A DNA stretch of 64,000 nucleotides from an uncultured Rhabdochlamydiaceae bacterium (GTDB lineage: Bacteria; Chlamydiota; Chlamydiia; Chlamydiales; Rhabdochlamydiaceae), in contig CAVQHD010000001.1 of the NCBI GenBank assembly GCA_963712275.1, positions 128,001-192,000 on the forward strand, given 5' to 3'. The notes below the pieces were generated by a model. It searched no databases, was not told the DNA's origin, and saw nothing but the letters and a program-made list of their open reading frames with translations. Position 1 is the stretch's first letter. Each line of letters starts with the position of its first letter. Both the position numbers and the translations under genes were made by a program. This document shows, piece by piece, positions 51,646-61,940 of this stretch.

Positions 51646-52908
51646 ATGCTTATGCAACATCCGCCGTCAGATCCATGGGAGAAAAAAAGCCGTTTTCTAA
51701 CTCAGCTTTTGATTTGGAGCGGAGCACTCAATATCGGCCTTCTCTCTTCCCTGATTTACCTCGTATTTCGAGAGCGGCCTGAAGCGATTCCCTTTGAACT
51801 GCCACCTGTTTCCCATGAGTGGACTCAGGCGACGAATCAAGAAATTCTAACTACTTTTGCCACCCTCTCATGGGGAGAACTTGTCGCCTATTTGGACAAT
51901 CGAGACGTTGCGCAGGAAGGGTATAAAAAACGGGATCTTGCACTGGCAAGCTTAGTTGCTTTTCATGGCCTTGATATTGACAAAGCCCTTCAAGGAACTT
52001 GGATCCAAAAACGGTCGATTGTATTTGCACGGAAAGAGGGGCCTGAAGAAATTACTTTAACTCTCTACCCAGGCTTAACCGAAGATCAGTTCCAAGCAGT
52101 CATTCGATTCATTCAAACGGAAAAATTCCCTTTAACTGCCCAAGGCCTTTTCTACGAGCTTCAGCATACCCTGCCCCCTCGGGAAGCAGCCTTACTAGAA
52201 GCGTTTTACTTAACTCCAGAATTTAGCTCCATTCAGACCCTTTGCGAGCGGTGCGGCGTCAACCTTCCCCGCGAGTTTTTGATAGAACTGATCACTCAAG
52301 GCGAGTGGAAAGTCTTGCATCAATTTACACAGGAGCAAAAACAAGGGCTTGATCTAACTCCTGAACGTTTAAAAAAACTTCTACTCACCTATACTCGCCA
52401 TCGATCGACTTTTGCCGCCAAGCTCTTGCTCCACTGGAACCCAGAATTTTTACTCAAACGGCTTGAAGACCCAGATTTAATCGCCTTTCTCGATCTATTC
52501 AAGGAGCCGTCCCCTCCTCTTGACTCTCTGTTGAAAGAACTGATCACAAGCCCCCGATCCGACGCCGTCTGGAAAAAAGCGGCAGAGTGCCTTTATCTCT
52601 TTGCTCAAATACCGCTTCCCGATCCCTATGATCATCGCATGACGCTCACCACTTTTGCCGGCGCTTCGTTTCCCGCTCCTCCCAAGCCCATTCCCAAACC
52701 CATTCAGGAAGAGCCCCCTCCATCCAAACAAGCGCCTTTAAAACACACGATCCAGCGGGGAGACAATCTTTGGAAAATTGCTAGGCGGTATAAAGTCTCG
52801 ATTCAAGCTCTTCGTGAGGCAAACCACCTTGAATCCGATAAGCTCCGCGAAGGGAAAACGCTTCTTATTCCAGCTAAGGGCCCGTCAATGAATAACTTCC
52901 CATCTTAA
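51646..52908 (+). CDS. Membrane-anchored LysM-domain protein
   Basis: N-terminal TM and C-terminal HTIQRGDNLWKIARRY LysM. The last residues come from the palindrome. Confidence 0.88.
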   Translation: MLMQHPPSDPWEKKSRFLTQLLIWSGALNIGLLSSLIYLVFRERPEAIPFELPPVSHEWTQATNQEILTTFATLSWGELVAYLDNRDVAQEGYKKRDLALASLVAFHGLDIDKALQGTWIQKRSIVFARKEGPEEITLTLYPGLTEDQFQAVIRFIQTEKFPLTAQGLFYELQHTLPPREAALLEAFYLTPEFSSIQTLCERCGVNLPREFLIELITQGEWKVLHQFTQEQKQGLDLTPERLKKLLLTYTRHRSTFAAKLLLHWNPEFLLKRLEDPDLIAFLDLFKEPSPPLDSLLKELITSPRSDAVWKKAAECLYLFAQIPLPDPYDHRMTLTTFAGASFPAPPKPIPKPIQEEPPPSKQAPLKHTIQRGDNLWKIARRYKVSIQALREANHLESDKLREGKTLLIPAKGPSMNNFPS

Positions 52909-53042
52909 ACCGCGCGAAAGTTCCCGCGATTGAGTTGTCGGAGAGGGGGGGTGTATTCATCGATACTTCCCCCCTCTCCGACAACTCAATCGCGGGAACT
53001 TTCGCGCGATTTAAGATGAGGAAGTTATTCATTGACGGGCCC
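52878..53042. mobile_element. Palindromic element family D
   Basis: 165-bp near-perfect hairpin GGGCCCGTCAATGAATAACTTCC...GGAAGTTATTCATTGACGGGCCC with a TAA TSD. Confidence 0.9.
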
Positions 53043-53428
53043 TAAGGAACCGGATCGACGCCCCCTGGGTTCCACGGATGACAGCGGCAGATCCTTTTCA
53101 CCGCAAGTCCTACTCCCCTCATCACCCCATGCTTTTCCAACGCCTCAACGGCATACTGAGAGCACGAGGGATAAAATCGGCAGGTTTCCCCAATCAAGGG
53201 ACCGATTGTCCATTGATAGAGACGAATCAATCCAATTAATATTGAACCTATCCCGATAAAAAGTTTCAGTCGATTTTCGGGTTCTTTTGAGCCGATTTTT
53301 GATCCATTTTTAGGGGGCAATATACTTTTGTCGATATGGCCCCCTAAAAATGGATCAAAAAGCGACCAAAATAATCCCGAAAATCGACGAAAAATTTTAT
53401 CGGGATAGGTTCTTACTCTAAATAACAT
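53042..53428 (-). CDS. yidD: Membrane protein insertion efficiency factor YidD with a 57-aa MITE-derived insertion
   Basis: IRLYQ..I.P...[15 protein letters not shown]...[14 protein letters not shown]. Confidence 0.92.
   Translation of the reverse strand: MLFRVRTYPDKIFRRFSGLFWSLFDPFLGGHIDKSILPPKNGSKIGSKEPENRLKLFIGIGSILIGLIRLYQWTIGPLIGETCRFYPSCSQYAVEALEKHGVMRGVGLAVKRICRCHPWNPGGVDPVP
53244..53412. mobile_element. Palindromic MITE family E (A-like core, different ends), in frame within yidD
   Basis: GAACCTATCCCGATAAAA...TTTTATCGGGATAGGTTC. The internal arms match family A. Confidence 0.88.
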
Positions 53429-54212
53429 GAAAAAGGTCTTGTAAAATCACAATGAAAATCTCAATACAAATCAAAATGATAATGGTCCATTCCAAGCGAG
53501 AGGAGTGTTGATGATTGAGCTCATTGCTTAAAATTTCAAATAGCTCATGTACAACGCCCAGCCGTTTGTTCAAGATCTCAACCCTCTTATTTGTATCCAG
53601 GTAATGGGTTGTACGACGGTAAAAAGGTTCCAGTTCAGGATAATTCCAGAAAAACTCGGGAGTATCTAAAACCTCGCTATGCAGATTAATGAAGTTTCTT
53701 TCGATAAAAAGCTCTCCCATTTTGCAAGAGATCTCTTTGCGAGACATGGAGATTTTTCCTTTCGTTGCAAGATCTTCGGGAAGATATTTCGTATTGTCAA
53801 TGGTCTTTTGAATCATCTCTTCAAAAGTTGTGAGCTTAACCGATTGGGCAAGCCCATAAGAAATCGAGAGCTTTGTTAGCGTATTTTTTGTAGGAAGAGA
53901 GATTTCATCCTCTTCAATCCGCATGTTCTCACCGTAAATGTAGGTAAATTCATCCATTTCCGGTTTAGAAATAGAATTTTTTTCGAACTCTTTTAAAGAC
54001 TCCAAAATCGCCCGCTCTTCCTCTTCGATAAACCCCCATAAGACGATACATCCATAGGAAAAATAAAAAACATCCCCCTTTGGCCTTCGATCTTCCTTCA
54101 ATAAAATGTGGACGCACTCTCGAAAAAGCTGGGCAGAGCCAAATTTTTGCAAGGACTGAAAAAGGCGGGGAATATCATAAGACGCTGCTGTGCAATACGT
54201 CGTACATCGCAT
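53418..54212 (-). CDS. RMD1/DUF155 family protein
   Basis: [28 protein letters not shown] and LEWTIIILI motifs. Confidence 0.88.
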   Translation of the reverse strand: MRCTTYCTAASYDIPRLFQSLQKFGSAQLFRECVHILLKEDRRPKGDVFYFSYGCIVLWGFIEEEERAILESLKEFEKNSISKPEMDEFTYIYGENMRIEEDEISLPTKNTLTKLSISYGLAQSVKLTTFEEMIQKTIDNTKYLPEDLATKGKISMSRKEISCKMGELFIERNFINLHSEVLDTPEFFWNYPELEPFYRRTTHYLDTNKRVEILNKRLGVVHELFEILSNELNHQHSSRLEWTIIILICIEIFIVILQDLFHVI

Positions 54213-54265
54213 AACTTCTGTTATAGCCGATCTTTCTTATAAAGGGAAGGAAAGGAACTAAAAAA

Positions 54266-55096
54266 TTAGTTTAATAGGGTTGGAATTGAAACGGGACTCT
54301 TGGAAATAGAGCCAGCGGTATCCGGTGAAAAATTATGGAGTTTTTTGATCAACTCTTTTAAATTCCCAATAGAAGTAAGCTTCTTGTGAACATACTCTTT
54401 TACTTCATCGCTTGCGTTTCTAAAATTGAGGTTTAATTTATCAGAGTGATATTTCGTTAGCGCCTTATTTAATTCTGATAAGTTTGTAATTCCTTTCACA
54501 CATTCTTCTTCTGGAACCCCTAATTTCTCTGCTATGAGGTTAAAATCAATTGTAACCATGTCGAATGCAGACTCTTCGATCCATTCAATAGGGTCAAAAG
54601 AATTGATTGCTTGCTGAATAGAAGTCAGCTGTGCTTGTCGTTGGAACGAAAAGCAACGAGCAAAGATCCATCGAATGAACCCACAGACAGTGTAAAATGC
54701 CCGCTCCTTGTTAAGAGTTGAGCGACGCTCCATCTCTTTCAAGATATTCAATGAAGACTCCATTTTTCCTTTCAATTGCACAACACTTTGAATAAAATCG
54801 TCCGGGATCTGCTCTGTGCTATTGCTGAGGTAAACAGCAGTGATATAGCTTGCGATAGCGACTCTCAAATAGCTCGTTCTAAAAAAATGGGTTGCAATTT
54901 TGTAAATAAGCTCAAGGGAAAGTTTTATACCCTCTGGCGCTTCGGGATTCTCTGGTATAGAAATGCAGTTCCCTTTGCAATAAATATAATTGTGTCTTTC
55001 TGAGCTCTTGGGCTTAATGTCAGTGGAAATGATTACGTCGGCTATTTGCCAAGGCTGAACAACGCTTTGTAGATATGCATTTGGATCTAAACTCAT
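54266..55096 (-). CDS. Hypothetical protein, possible degenerate C-terminal J-domain
   Basis: 276-aa AT-rich ORF containing EKLGV...LTKYHSDK. Confidence 0.65.
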   Translation of the reverse strand: MSLDPNAYLQSVVQPWQIADVIISTDIKPKSSERHNYIYCKGNCISIPENPEAPEGIKLSLELIYKIATHFFRTSYLRVAIASYITAVYLSNSTEQIPDDFIQSVVQLKGKMESSLNILKEMERRSTLNKERAFYTVCGFIRWIFARCFSFQRQAQLTSIQQAINSFDPIEWIEESAFDMVTIDFNLIAEKLGVPEEECVKGITNLSELNKALTKYHSDKLNLNFRNASDEVKEYVHKKLTSIGNLKELIKKLHNFSPDTAGSISKSPVSIPTLLN

Positions 55097-55335
55097 GCGT
55101 TCTACTATAGCAAATTATATCAATTTAGTCACGGGTTTTTAAAAAAAAATATATAATTTTTTTGACATCTCTTTAGAGATGCTCCAATATCCAGGACAGA
55201 GGTAGAAAAAGACGTCTTTACCCGCTATGTCTTGAATGCCAACCTACCAAAATAACTTTTCAAAAACGTGCCACTTCACAAATCCGATTGATTTCTTTCA
55301 GAGGACTTCGTTAAGATAAGCGACTTATTACATAT

Positions 55336-55417
55336 GCGGGAGTGGCGGAATTGGTAGACGCGCTACTTTGAGGTGGTAGTGAGGAAACTCGTGTGGGTTC
55401 GAGTCCCACCTTTCGCA
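55336..55417 (+). tRNA. tRNA-Leu (GAG)
   Basis: GCGGGAGTGGCGGAATTGGTAGACGCGCTACTTTGAGGTGGTAG...GGTTCGAGTCCCACCTTTCGCA. Confidence 0.95.
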
Positions 55418-55774
55418 TTTTTCACAAATCCCATTTCTTCATTAAGAGGCTATCTCTCTAGATCGTATTCCTGTAGAGCGGAATTGAACCAACCCTTCAA
55501 TTTTTGATAGCTAGTCAGGGGTTTTCATTCAGACTCTAAAGTCATCTCGTGATCTCTTGCATACCCAACCCAGCTTTAAACTCGTCTTGGATTAAATCGA
55601 CATAATATACATATATTTAGAGAGAAAGCAAGCGTTTCTATGGGAATTCAACGGACCCCCTAATGCTTGTTATAGGGCAAAGAACTTTGAATCTTGCTTG
55701 CTTATGCTTGACAATTTTCTTGAAAACCACTAAAACTATTAGTAGTAGACAAGAATATAATCAAGTAGGCATTT

Positions 55775-56599
55775 ATGAAGCTAGACGACTTTTTCGCCTT
55801 ACATAAGGTCTTTACTTTCAAAGAGATTGAGCTCAGTCTTTCGAGTGACGTGGGTTCATCTACCAAAAACTCAACTCTTTATAACCTGCTTACTTATCAT
55901 CAGAAACAAGGGCATATCCTTCGCATTCGTCGAGGACTATATTATTCTGTGCCTAAGGGCTTGGATCCAACTGATTGCCTTGTTGATCCATTCTTAGTAG
56001 CTAGTAAAATGGCAGAGGATTCTGTAATTGCTTATGGATCTGCCCTTGATTTGCATGGGAAACTCCACAGTATTCAAAACCGAATGATTTATTTGACCAA
56101 AAAACGAGTGATGGCTTCTTTTGATTTTCGAGATATTAAGTATCAAGCTGTAGCTATTCCCTCAGCGTTGAAGGCAGCAAGTCAGGAAACATTCGGAATA
56201 CAATCAATAGATCGGCTTGGTCCACCAGTTTTTGTTACAAGCCTTGAACGGACATTAGTTGATGTATTAGATCGCCCTTATCTATGCGGTTCATGGGAAG
56301 AAATATGGCTCTCCCTTGAGAGCATCGAATACCTGGATATGGATCAGGTGCTAACGTATGCCCTTCTTTTAGCCAATTCGACTACTATTGCTAAGCTAGG
56401 GTTTTTCTTAGAAACCCATCAAGCAGCACTAATGATTCCTGAGCATTATCTTGAAGAATTGCGTAAGCATCGTCCAGCCAAACCTCATTACATGGACCGT
56501 AATCAAAGTGAACCCCAGAAAATGATCGCTAAATGGAATTTGGTAGTTCCTCTAAGCTTGATCAATCGCTCATGGGAGGAGCCTAATGCAAACAAATGA
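55775..56599 (+). CDS. AbiEi-family antitoxin / transcriptional regulator, orphan
   Basis: wHTH with RIRRGLYY, AYGSALDLHG and TSLERTLVDVLDRP motifs. Confidence 0.82.
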   Translation: MKLDDFFALHKVFTFKEIELSLSSDVGSSTKNSTLYNLLTYHQKQGHILRIRRGLYYSVPKGLDPTDCLVDPFLVASKMAEDSVIAYGSALDLHGKLHSIQNRMIYLTKKRVMASFDFRDIKYQAVAIPSALKAASQETFGIQSIDRLGPPVFVTSLERTLVDVLDRPYLCGSWEEIWLSLESIEYLDMDQVLTYALLLANSTTIAKLGFFLETHQAALMIPEHYLEELRKHRPAKPHYMDRNQSEPQKMIAKWNLVVPLSLINRSWEEPNANK

Positions 56600-56641
56600 T
56601 TTGCTCAATCATGTTGCCAAATTCAGAAGGACTTACAAAAT

Positions 56642-56683
56642 AAAAAAGCCGAACGTTTGGACAATTCTGACAAAACGTTCGGC
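56642..56683 (-). terminator. Intrinsic terminator downstream of tRNA-Leu(CAA)
   Basis: GCCGAACGTTT...AAACGTTCGGC stem followed by T6 on the minus strand. Confidence 0.75.
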
Positions 56684-56687
56684 AATA

Positions 56688-56771
56688 TGCCGATGACTGG
56701 ACTCGAACCAGCACTCTATTGCTAGAAGTAGATTTTGAGTCTACCGCGTCTACCAATTCCGCCACATCGGC
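56688..56771 (-). tRNA. tRNA-Leu (CAA)
   Basis: GCCGATGTGGCGGAATTGGTAGACGCGGTAGACTCAAAATCTAC...GGTTCGAGTCCAGTCATCGGCA. Confidence 0.95.
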
Positions 56772-56822
56772 ATAAGAAGGAGGGATTATGGACAAAAGAC
56801 GATTTTCCTGCTGCCCTAAAAA

Positions 56823-57032
56823 TTATCGCTTGGGGGATGTTTCACTTTCCCAGGGATAAGATTCCCGCTGCCGATGTTGAGGGGGGGGCAGAGGATAATG
56901 GGTCTCATGATGATACCGGTAGACATACTCTCCTTTCGCGTTTTGCTCCTTTAAGCGAGACTTCTCTGATGTTTCATGCCCGGAGCATCCAAGGAGGGTA
57001 AGAAGAATTCCCTTTTGCAGAATAATAAACAT
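56823..57032 (-). CDS. Small putative lipoprotein
   Basis: LLGC lipobox, QNAKGEYVYR and YPWE segments. Confidence 0.6.
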   Translation of the reverse strand: MFIILQKGILLTLLGCSGHETSEKSRLKEQNAKGEYVYRYHHETHYPLPPPQHRQRESYPWESETSPKR

Positions 57033-57066
57033 TTTTTTAATGTGTGGGTTAACCCGATGGAACAGC

Positions 57067-58344
57067 ATGAAACAAATTCTCCTACAAAATCACGAGACAC
57101 TCTTATTTACAGAAGGACATATCACACTTGCGAAAAATAGCCAAATTCTACTGCAACTTTTGCGAGATCGAAGTTTTGACCTTGTCATTGTTGAAGATCT
57201 TGACATATTTGACCAAGCCCAAAAAGAGTTTCCCCACGTTCCAATAGCTATCGCTTCTTTCATTGGGTCCATTTCCCAAGCGGTCGAAGCAATGCGCAGG
57301 GGCGCTGTCGATTATCTTGTCAAACCTCTTTCGACAGATCACATTGAAAAACTCTTAAGCCGCCTTAAAGAGCCGCCTCAGATCAAGCGAAAAACATCTT
57401 CTTCTAAAAGAAAGCGTCAAGAAAACATCTTAGCTGAAAGCATGATCATGCAGAAGGTTCTTGCCGATATTGAAAAAATTGCACAAAGCCATGCAGCCGT
57501 TTTAATCACAGGAGAGTCGGGGACAGGAAAAGAAGTGATCGCTCATTCGATTCACTACCAATCTCCTCGCTCGCGCTACCCTTTCATCAAAGTCAATTGC
57601 GCTGCAGTGCCAGAATCGCTCATCGAATCGGAGTTTTTTGGCCATGAAAGAGGAGCTTTCACAGGCGCCCTTGAAGAGCGGCTGGGCCGTTTTGAGCTTG
57701 CCCATCAAGGAACTCTTCTCCTAGATGAAGTGTCAGAAATACCCCTTGGGCTGCAAGCTAAACTCCTCCGCGCGGTCCAAGAGCAAGAATTTGAAAGAGT
57801 AGGAGGAACAAAACCGATTCATGTCGATGTCCGCCTCATTGCGACATCGAATCGAACTATGAAAGAAATGGTCGATCAAAAGCTCTTCAGAGAAGACCTT
57901 TATTTTCGGCTGAATGTGATTCCAATTCACCTACCTCCTTTGAGAGAGAGGAAGGAAGATATTTTAGGGCTTGCTACTTATTTTTTAGACCGGTTTTGCG
58001 AAGAAAATCAGAGGCGCAAAAAACAGATTTCCCCTGCTGCCCAGAATTGCCTGCTCGATTATCCATGGCCCGGAAATATTCGAGAGCTCGCAAACACAGT
58101 GGAGCGAGCCGTTGTTATGCATTCCGCGGATATCCTTGAAGCCTCCCATCTTCATCTAGACCCCATTGCACCTGCTCTTCTGACCCTTCCCATGACAAGA
58201 GAAGGGACACTAGCTGAAGTTGAAAAGCACCATATTCTAGAAATCCTCTCTCGTTGCAATCACAATCGAACGCGGGCAGCTGAGGTCCTCGGCATTAACG
58301 TGCGGACACTACGCAATAAGCTTCATCAATACCATTTGCAATAA
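57067..58344 (+). CDS. Sigma54-dependent activator (CtcC/AtoC-like)
   Basis: Shortened receiver domain, GESGTGKE, GAFTGA, LLDEV and a Fis-type HTH. Confidence 0.92.
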   Translation: MKQILLQNHETLLFTEGHITLAKNSQILLQLLRDRSFDLVIVEDLDIFDQAQKEFPHVPIAIASFIGSISQAVEAMRRGAVDYLVKPLSTDHIEKLLSRLKEPPQIKRKTSSSKRKRQENILAESMIMQKVLADIEKIAQSHAAVLITGESGTGKEVIAHSIHYQSPRSRYPFIKVNCAAVPESLIESEFFGHERGAFTGALEERLGRFELAHQGTLLLDEVSEIPLGLQAKLLRAVQEQEFERVGGTKPIHVDVRLIATSNRTMKEMVDQKLFREDLYFRLNVIPIHLPPLRERKEDILGLATYFLDRFCEENQRRKKQISPAAQNCLLDYPWPGNIRELANTVERAVVMHSADILEASHLHLDPIAPALLTLPMTREGTLAEVEKHHILEILSRCNHNRTRAAEVLGINVRTLRNKLHQYHLQ

Positions 58345-58370
58345 ATCACAGAAATTTTTAACCTGATTTC

Positions 58371-58913
58371 ATGAATTTTCGATGGTTACTTATCTTGTGC
58401 GCCTGTCTTACAACGAGCCTTCGGGCAGCTGATGTCTCTCTTGAGCTCAACCTCGAAGATGATCCTAATTACAGGATGGAGATGACAGCTCCAGAAGGAT
58501 GGAATCTTCATGCCGATAAGCAACTCATTAATACGATCCACCTGCAAGATACGACATCCTTGGGGCATAGCGGGGGATATGCATTGATTTCTTTTGCTAA
58601 AAACCAGCCGAACACTTTCGAGCGGCGAGAAAGATATTTCTCTCGGATAAGTGAATGGCTCGTCTCCCGTTATCCTGAGGCTATTGTTGCTAACACGCCC
58701 CCTCCTTCATTTCCCGGATTTCCCTCTTTAACGGTTTCCCGATCTCTTGCAATCGATACCCAAAAAGAAGGCAAGGATCGATTTGTCAAGATTATTTTAT
58801 TCCACACGGAAGGGCACATCTGCAGCCTCTTCATCATCCATGAAAGCTTAGAAAAAGCAGACGCGGCTTTGGGACATATCGCAGCCTCCTTACGGCTCAC
58901 AAAAACATTTTAA
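58371..58913 (+). CDS. Exported hypothetical protein
   Basis: Signal peptide ending SLRA. Confidence 0.65.
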   Translation: MNFRWLLILCACLTTSLRAADVSLELNLEDDPNYRMEMTAPEGWNLHADKQLINTIHLQDTTSLGHSGGYALISFAKNQPNTFERRERYFSRISEWLVSRYPEAIVANTPPPSFPGFPSLTVSRSLAIDTQKEGKDRFVKIILFHTEGHICSLFIIHESLEKADAALGHIAASLRLTKTF

Positions 58914-60536
58914 GTACTCTTCGATCATCTCTCGAAGAAATTTCCACCGATGCTGCGAAAATGGAATCTCGATATTGAGTTGATAGATTCTTTCAAGGAC
59001 TTCAAGCGCCGGCTTAAGCGTCAATTGATAAGCTTTTTCATGAGAGAGCTCTTCTTCATAAAGAATAGCTTTTCCACTTCCTTCTATCTCATGCTCTAAA
59101 GACTTTGCAAACTCTAAGCACTTGCGAAAGCTTCCCTGAAACTGGGCTAAAGCCTCCTGAAGCTGATCAGCTGTGAGACCCATTGGATGCTCTCCTATCA
59201 TTTTCTTGATGGCTGAATCGACCGCCTGCCCATGAGAAAGAAACGGTTTAATCTCCTCCCAATTCCGATGAGGAATATGGGAAAAACCGAGCCCTTGACC
59301 TGTTGCATTCATGAATGTTATGTGAGGATACATTTTTGTGTAGGCATCAATGGTTTGCCGCTCCATCACCCACTTTACAAGTGTTGCGACTCTCTTCCCC
59401 TGCATCCCCTTGCGATACACCGACTGCTCTCCTGCGCGCGTCTCTTTTTTGCGCTGAGTTAAATGGACTGGAACTCCTGGTGCATAATGAGTCCCTTTCA
59501 TATAGGCAAGATCGACCCCAGCTAAAATGATTGGCGAGCATCCCCAAAAACAAGCTAAAGCAAGGGCAAGCGTCGTCACAGAAAGAGCTTCCCTGCCTAA
59601 GTCAAGCCCAATATCTGCCTCTGTCAACCCCAGCTGCTGTTCAATCGCTTTTTCTAGGGGGCTTCCCGTTGGAGATCGAAGGTAGCCATAAGGACCCTCA
59701 AAGAGGTCAAAGACTCCAGGATAAAGCCGATTTCCATAAATCAAGGGAAGATCTTTCCACTGGCACCCTTTTAAGCATTCTTTTTCTTGTGCATTGGGGT
59801 CAATTGCAACACCTAAATGAGGCCGTACTTCCATATGGGAAAGCGCCGAGAGAGCAGACCCGCACCCTATCAACACCACTTGATCCCGAATTATTTTAAG
59901 CTCAGCCGCAGCCCCCGATAGCGACGGGCCAGCTCCACAGATGACCGCTGGAAGCCCCGCAAAATCGTTTCTCGTCCGATTCACATAGAAGGCTGAAGGG
60001 AGCTTTTGAAAATTGGAAAGAATATTGCGGTGGAGGAGATGCCCTGAGAGAACTTCTGATGTCAGAGAATTCCATAACACGGTCTTGCGAAGCAGGGCTA
60101 GTTTGACCGCTCGAAAAGAAGCAGAGGCTCCTTCCATTGTGATAACAGCCACCCGCTCTAGAGGAAACTGTTTGGCGCACTCCTCTAAAATCTCATCTCG
60201 TTGAGATGCAAGAAACCGAAGGTGCACTTGAGGGTGCTGCAGAAGCCTTTCTCCCCACTCAAGTGAACTAAGCCGATGAATGGCATAAAGATTTTCCTCT
60301 AAAAAGATCAGCTGCCTCCCACTCACAGCCTCGAGCCACTCTTGAAGTTCTAAAAAAGGCCTTCCTTCAGCCAGTCCATAGATGTAAATGGCATCGAGAT
60401 GCTCAAGTGAAAGGCGTGCAATCGCAAGGTGGACACGTGCATCAAGTCCCTCTGGGCTATCATAGGCAAGCGCTGGATCAAAGTGTGAAAGATGGAGCTG
60501 AAGTTGAAGATCTGGGTACCGATCAAGAAGGGGCAT
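58890..60536 (-). CDS. DUF115 / MAF-family protein
   Basis: AVICGAGPSL, VAIDP and GCSPIILAGVDLAY motifs. The upstream TTG start lies in MITE B2. Confidence 0.8.
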   Translation of the reverse strand: MPLLDRYPDLQLQLHLSHFDPALAYDSPEGLDARVHLAIARLSLEHLDAIYIYGLAEGRPFLELQEWLEAVSGRQLIFLEENLYAIHRLSSLEWGERLLQHPQVHLRFLASQRDEILEECAKQFPLERVAVITMEGASASFRAVKLALLRKTVLWNSLTSEVLSGHLLHRNILSNFQKLPSAFYVNRTRNDFAGLPAVICGAGPSLSGAAAELKIIRDQVVLIGCGSALSALSHMEVRPHLGVAIDPNAQEKECLKGCQWKDLPLIYGNRLYPGVFDLFEGPYGYLRSPTGSPLEKAIEQQLGLTEADIGLDLGREALSVTTLALALACFWGCSPIILAGVDLAYMKGTHYAPGVPVHLTQRKKETRAGEQSVYRKGMQGKRVATLVKWVMERQTIDAYTKMYPHITFMNATGQGLGFSHIPHRNWEEIKPFLSHGQAVDSAIKKMIGEHPMGLTADQLQEALAQFQGSFRKCLEFAKSLEHEIEGSGKAILYEEELSHEKAYQLTLKPALEVLERIYQLNIEIPFSQHRWKFLREMIEEYLKCFCEP

Positions 60537-60556
60537 TAAGGGCCTGTCGTCAATTA

Positions 60557-60697
60557 AGGTTTCGTCGCTTTTTGGGGCTTTTTGAGCCAATTTCCGCTTT
60601 ATTTGGTGGGGGTTATATCAACTTTCGTATATTACCCCCACCAAATAAAGCGGAAATTGGCCAAAAAGCGACGAAATCTGAGTTTTAAGACAGCTTC
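60557..60697. mobile_element. Palindromic MITE family B, copy B2 (left end missing)
   Basis: Core and right end CTGAGTTTTAAGACAGCTTC match B1. Confidence 0.85.
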
Positions 60698-60765
60698 TAA
60701 AACTCTAGATTTTTTTCATGGGTTTAGAATAAAATTTAAGTTAAATTTTAAAGGAGATCCTTCTG

Positions 60766-61923
60766 ATGACAAGCTTTGCAGCAATAATTTGTTTATTCGC
60801 CTTCCATGGAGGGCCTGCAGACCATTTTGCCACCTTCGCAGAGAATTTAACAGAAAATGGGTATGAAGTTCAAATCTTTGCATCAGGGCCTGCTTTACAA
60901 AAATTTCAAAGTCGTGGAATCGATGTCATCCAAGTTGATATAGAAAATCTTTCTCCAAAAGCCGCAGCCAATTTAGCCTCAAGCCTTGCCAAACGTTGCT
61001 GCAAAGCCTCTGCCGTGATGACAGATGTTGGACACTCCTTTGATATCTCCCTTCAGGAGGCCCTGGCCAAAGAAGCTCCAGAGGCTCTCCGCCTAGCTTA
61101 CTATGACAATCCAGAACCTTATGTTCCAGGAGGATACTCTTCTGTAGCGGCAAAAGTCATGCTCGCAGCTAGCAAAGCCTTATTCGCTAATGCAAATCTT
61201 GCTAAAGCTGCTCTTTATGAAGAGCCCAATAAGGCAATCAATTTAGATGCGAGCCGCCGAATAGGGCTTGGTTATTATCCCACTGCTCAAGCCGAAAAAA
61301 CGAGGAAACAAAGAAAAGAAGAATGTGACACGCTCCGCACACGATTCTTTCAGCAGCACGCTTTAGAAGATAAAGAGCAAAAAATATTTGTCTACATGGG
61401 AGGCAATAACGACGAATATTTTACAAAAGCTTTTCCGGCATTCCTTCATTTTCTTGCTGAAGGAGCAAATCAATCTGACTTATCGAATTTCATCATTCTT
61501 TTTCAGCAGCACCCTGGAGCTAAAAGTAAAAACCGGGATGGCCAAGAGCTCGACAACTGGATTAATGAGCAGGGAAAGAATGCAAAAGCTGCTACAATTG
61601 TCAAATCAGACTGGTCTTCAGATGAGGTTCAAATCGTAGCCGATGGGATTTTATACTACCAAACAAGCATGGGGCCTCAGTTTGCACTCGCAGGCATCCC
61701 TATCATTCAAGTCGGTCACAACACGTATGAAGACATCCTTGTGAGAAACCATTTATGCCCTTCTGCGACGACTTCCTCAGAATTTGTTAAAGCACTTTTA
61801 GAGGTAAAACCTGAGGCTATCTCTGAAGAGCGGCAGCAACTCCTCTTCAAGGGCTTAGGGATAACATCTGATTGGTTCAAAATATTTAAACAAGCCATCA
61901 CGCCGTTGAAACAATCCGATTAA
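60766..61923 (+). CDS. Hypothetical protein, possible GT-B glycosyltransferase-like fold
   Basis: AAGGAG RBS. HGGPADHF, QQHPG and YQTSMGPQFALAGIPIIQV segments. Confidence 0.65.
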   Translation: MTSFAAIICLFAFHGGPADHFATFAENLTENGYEVQIFASGPALQKFQSRGIDVIQVDIENLSPKAAANLASSLAKRCCKASAVMTDVGHSFDISLQEALAKEAPEALRLAYYDNPEPYVPGGYSSVAAKVMLAASKALFANANLAKAALYEEPNKAINLDASRRIGLGYYPTAQAEKTRKQRKEECDTLRTRFFQQHALEDKEQKIFVYMGGNNDEYFTKAFPAFLHFLAEGANQSDLSNFIILFQQHPGAKSKNRDGQELDNWINEQGKNAKAATIVKSDWSSDEVQIVADGILYYQTSMGPQFALAGIPIIQVGHNTYEDILVRNHLCPSATTSSEFVKALLEVKPEAISEERQQLLFKGLGITSDWFKIFKQAITPLKQSD

Positions 61924-61940
61924 AAAGCAGTGGCATCTTA

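Noticed and set aside
55708..55725. TTGACAATTTTCTTG as a trans target of the omega-RNA guide
   Set aside because: Only 4 contiguous guide bases match, and it depends on the less likely TAM. It is more simply a -35 box.
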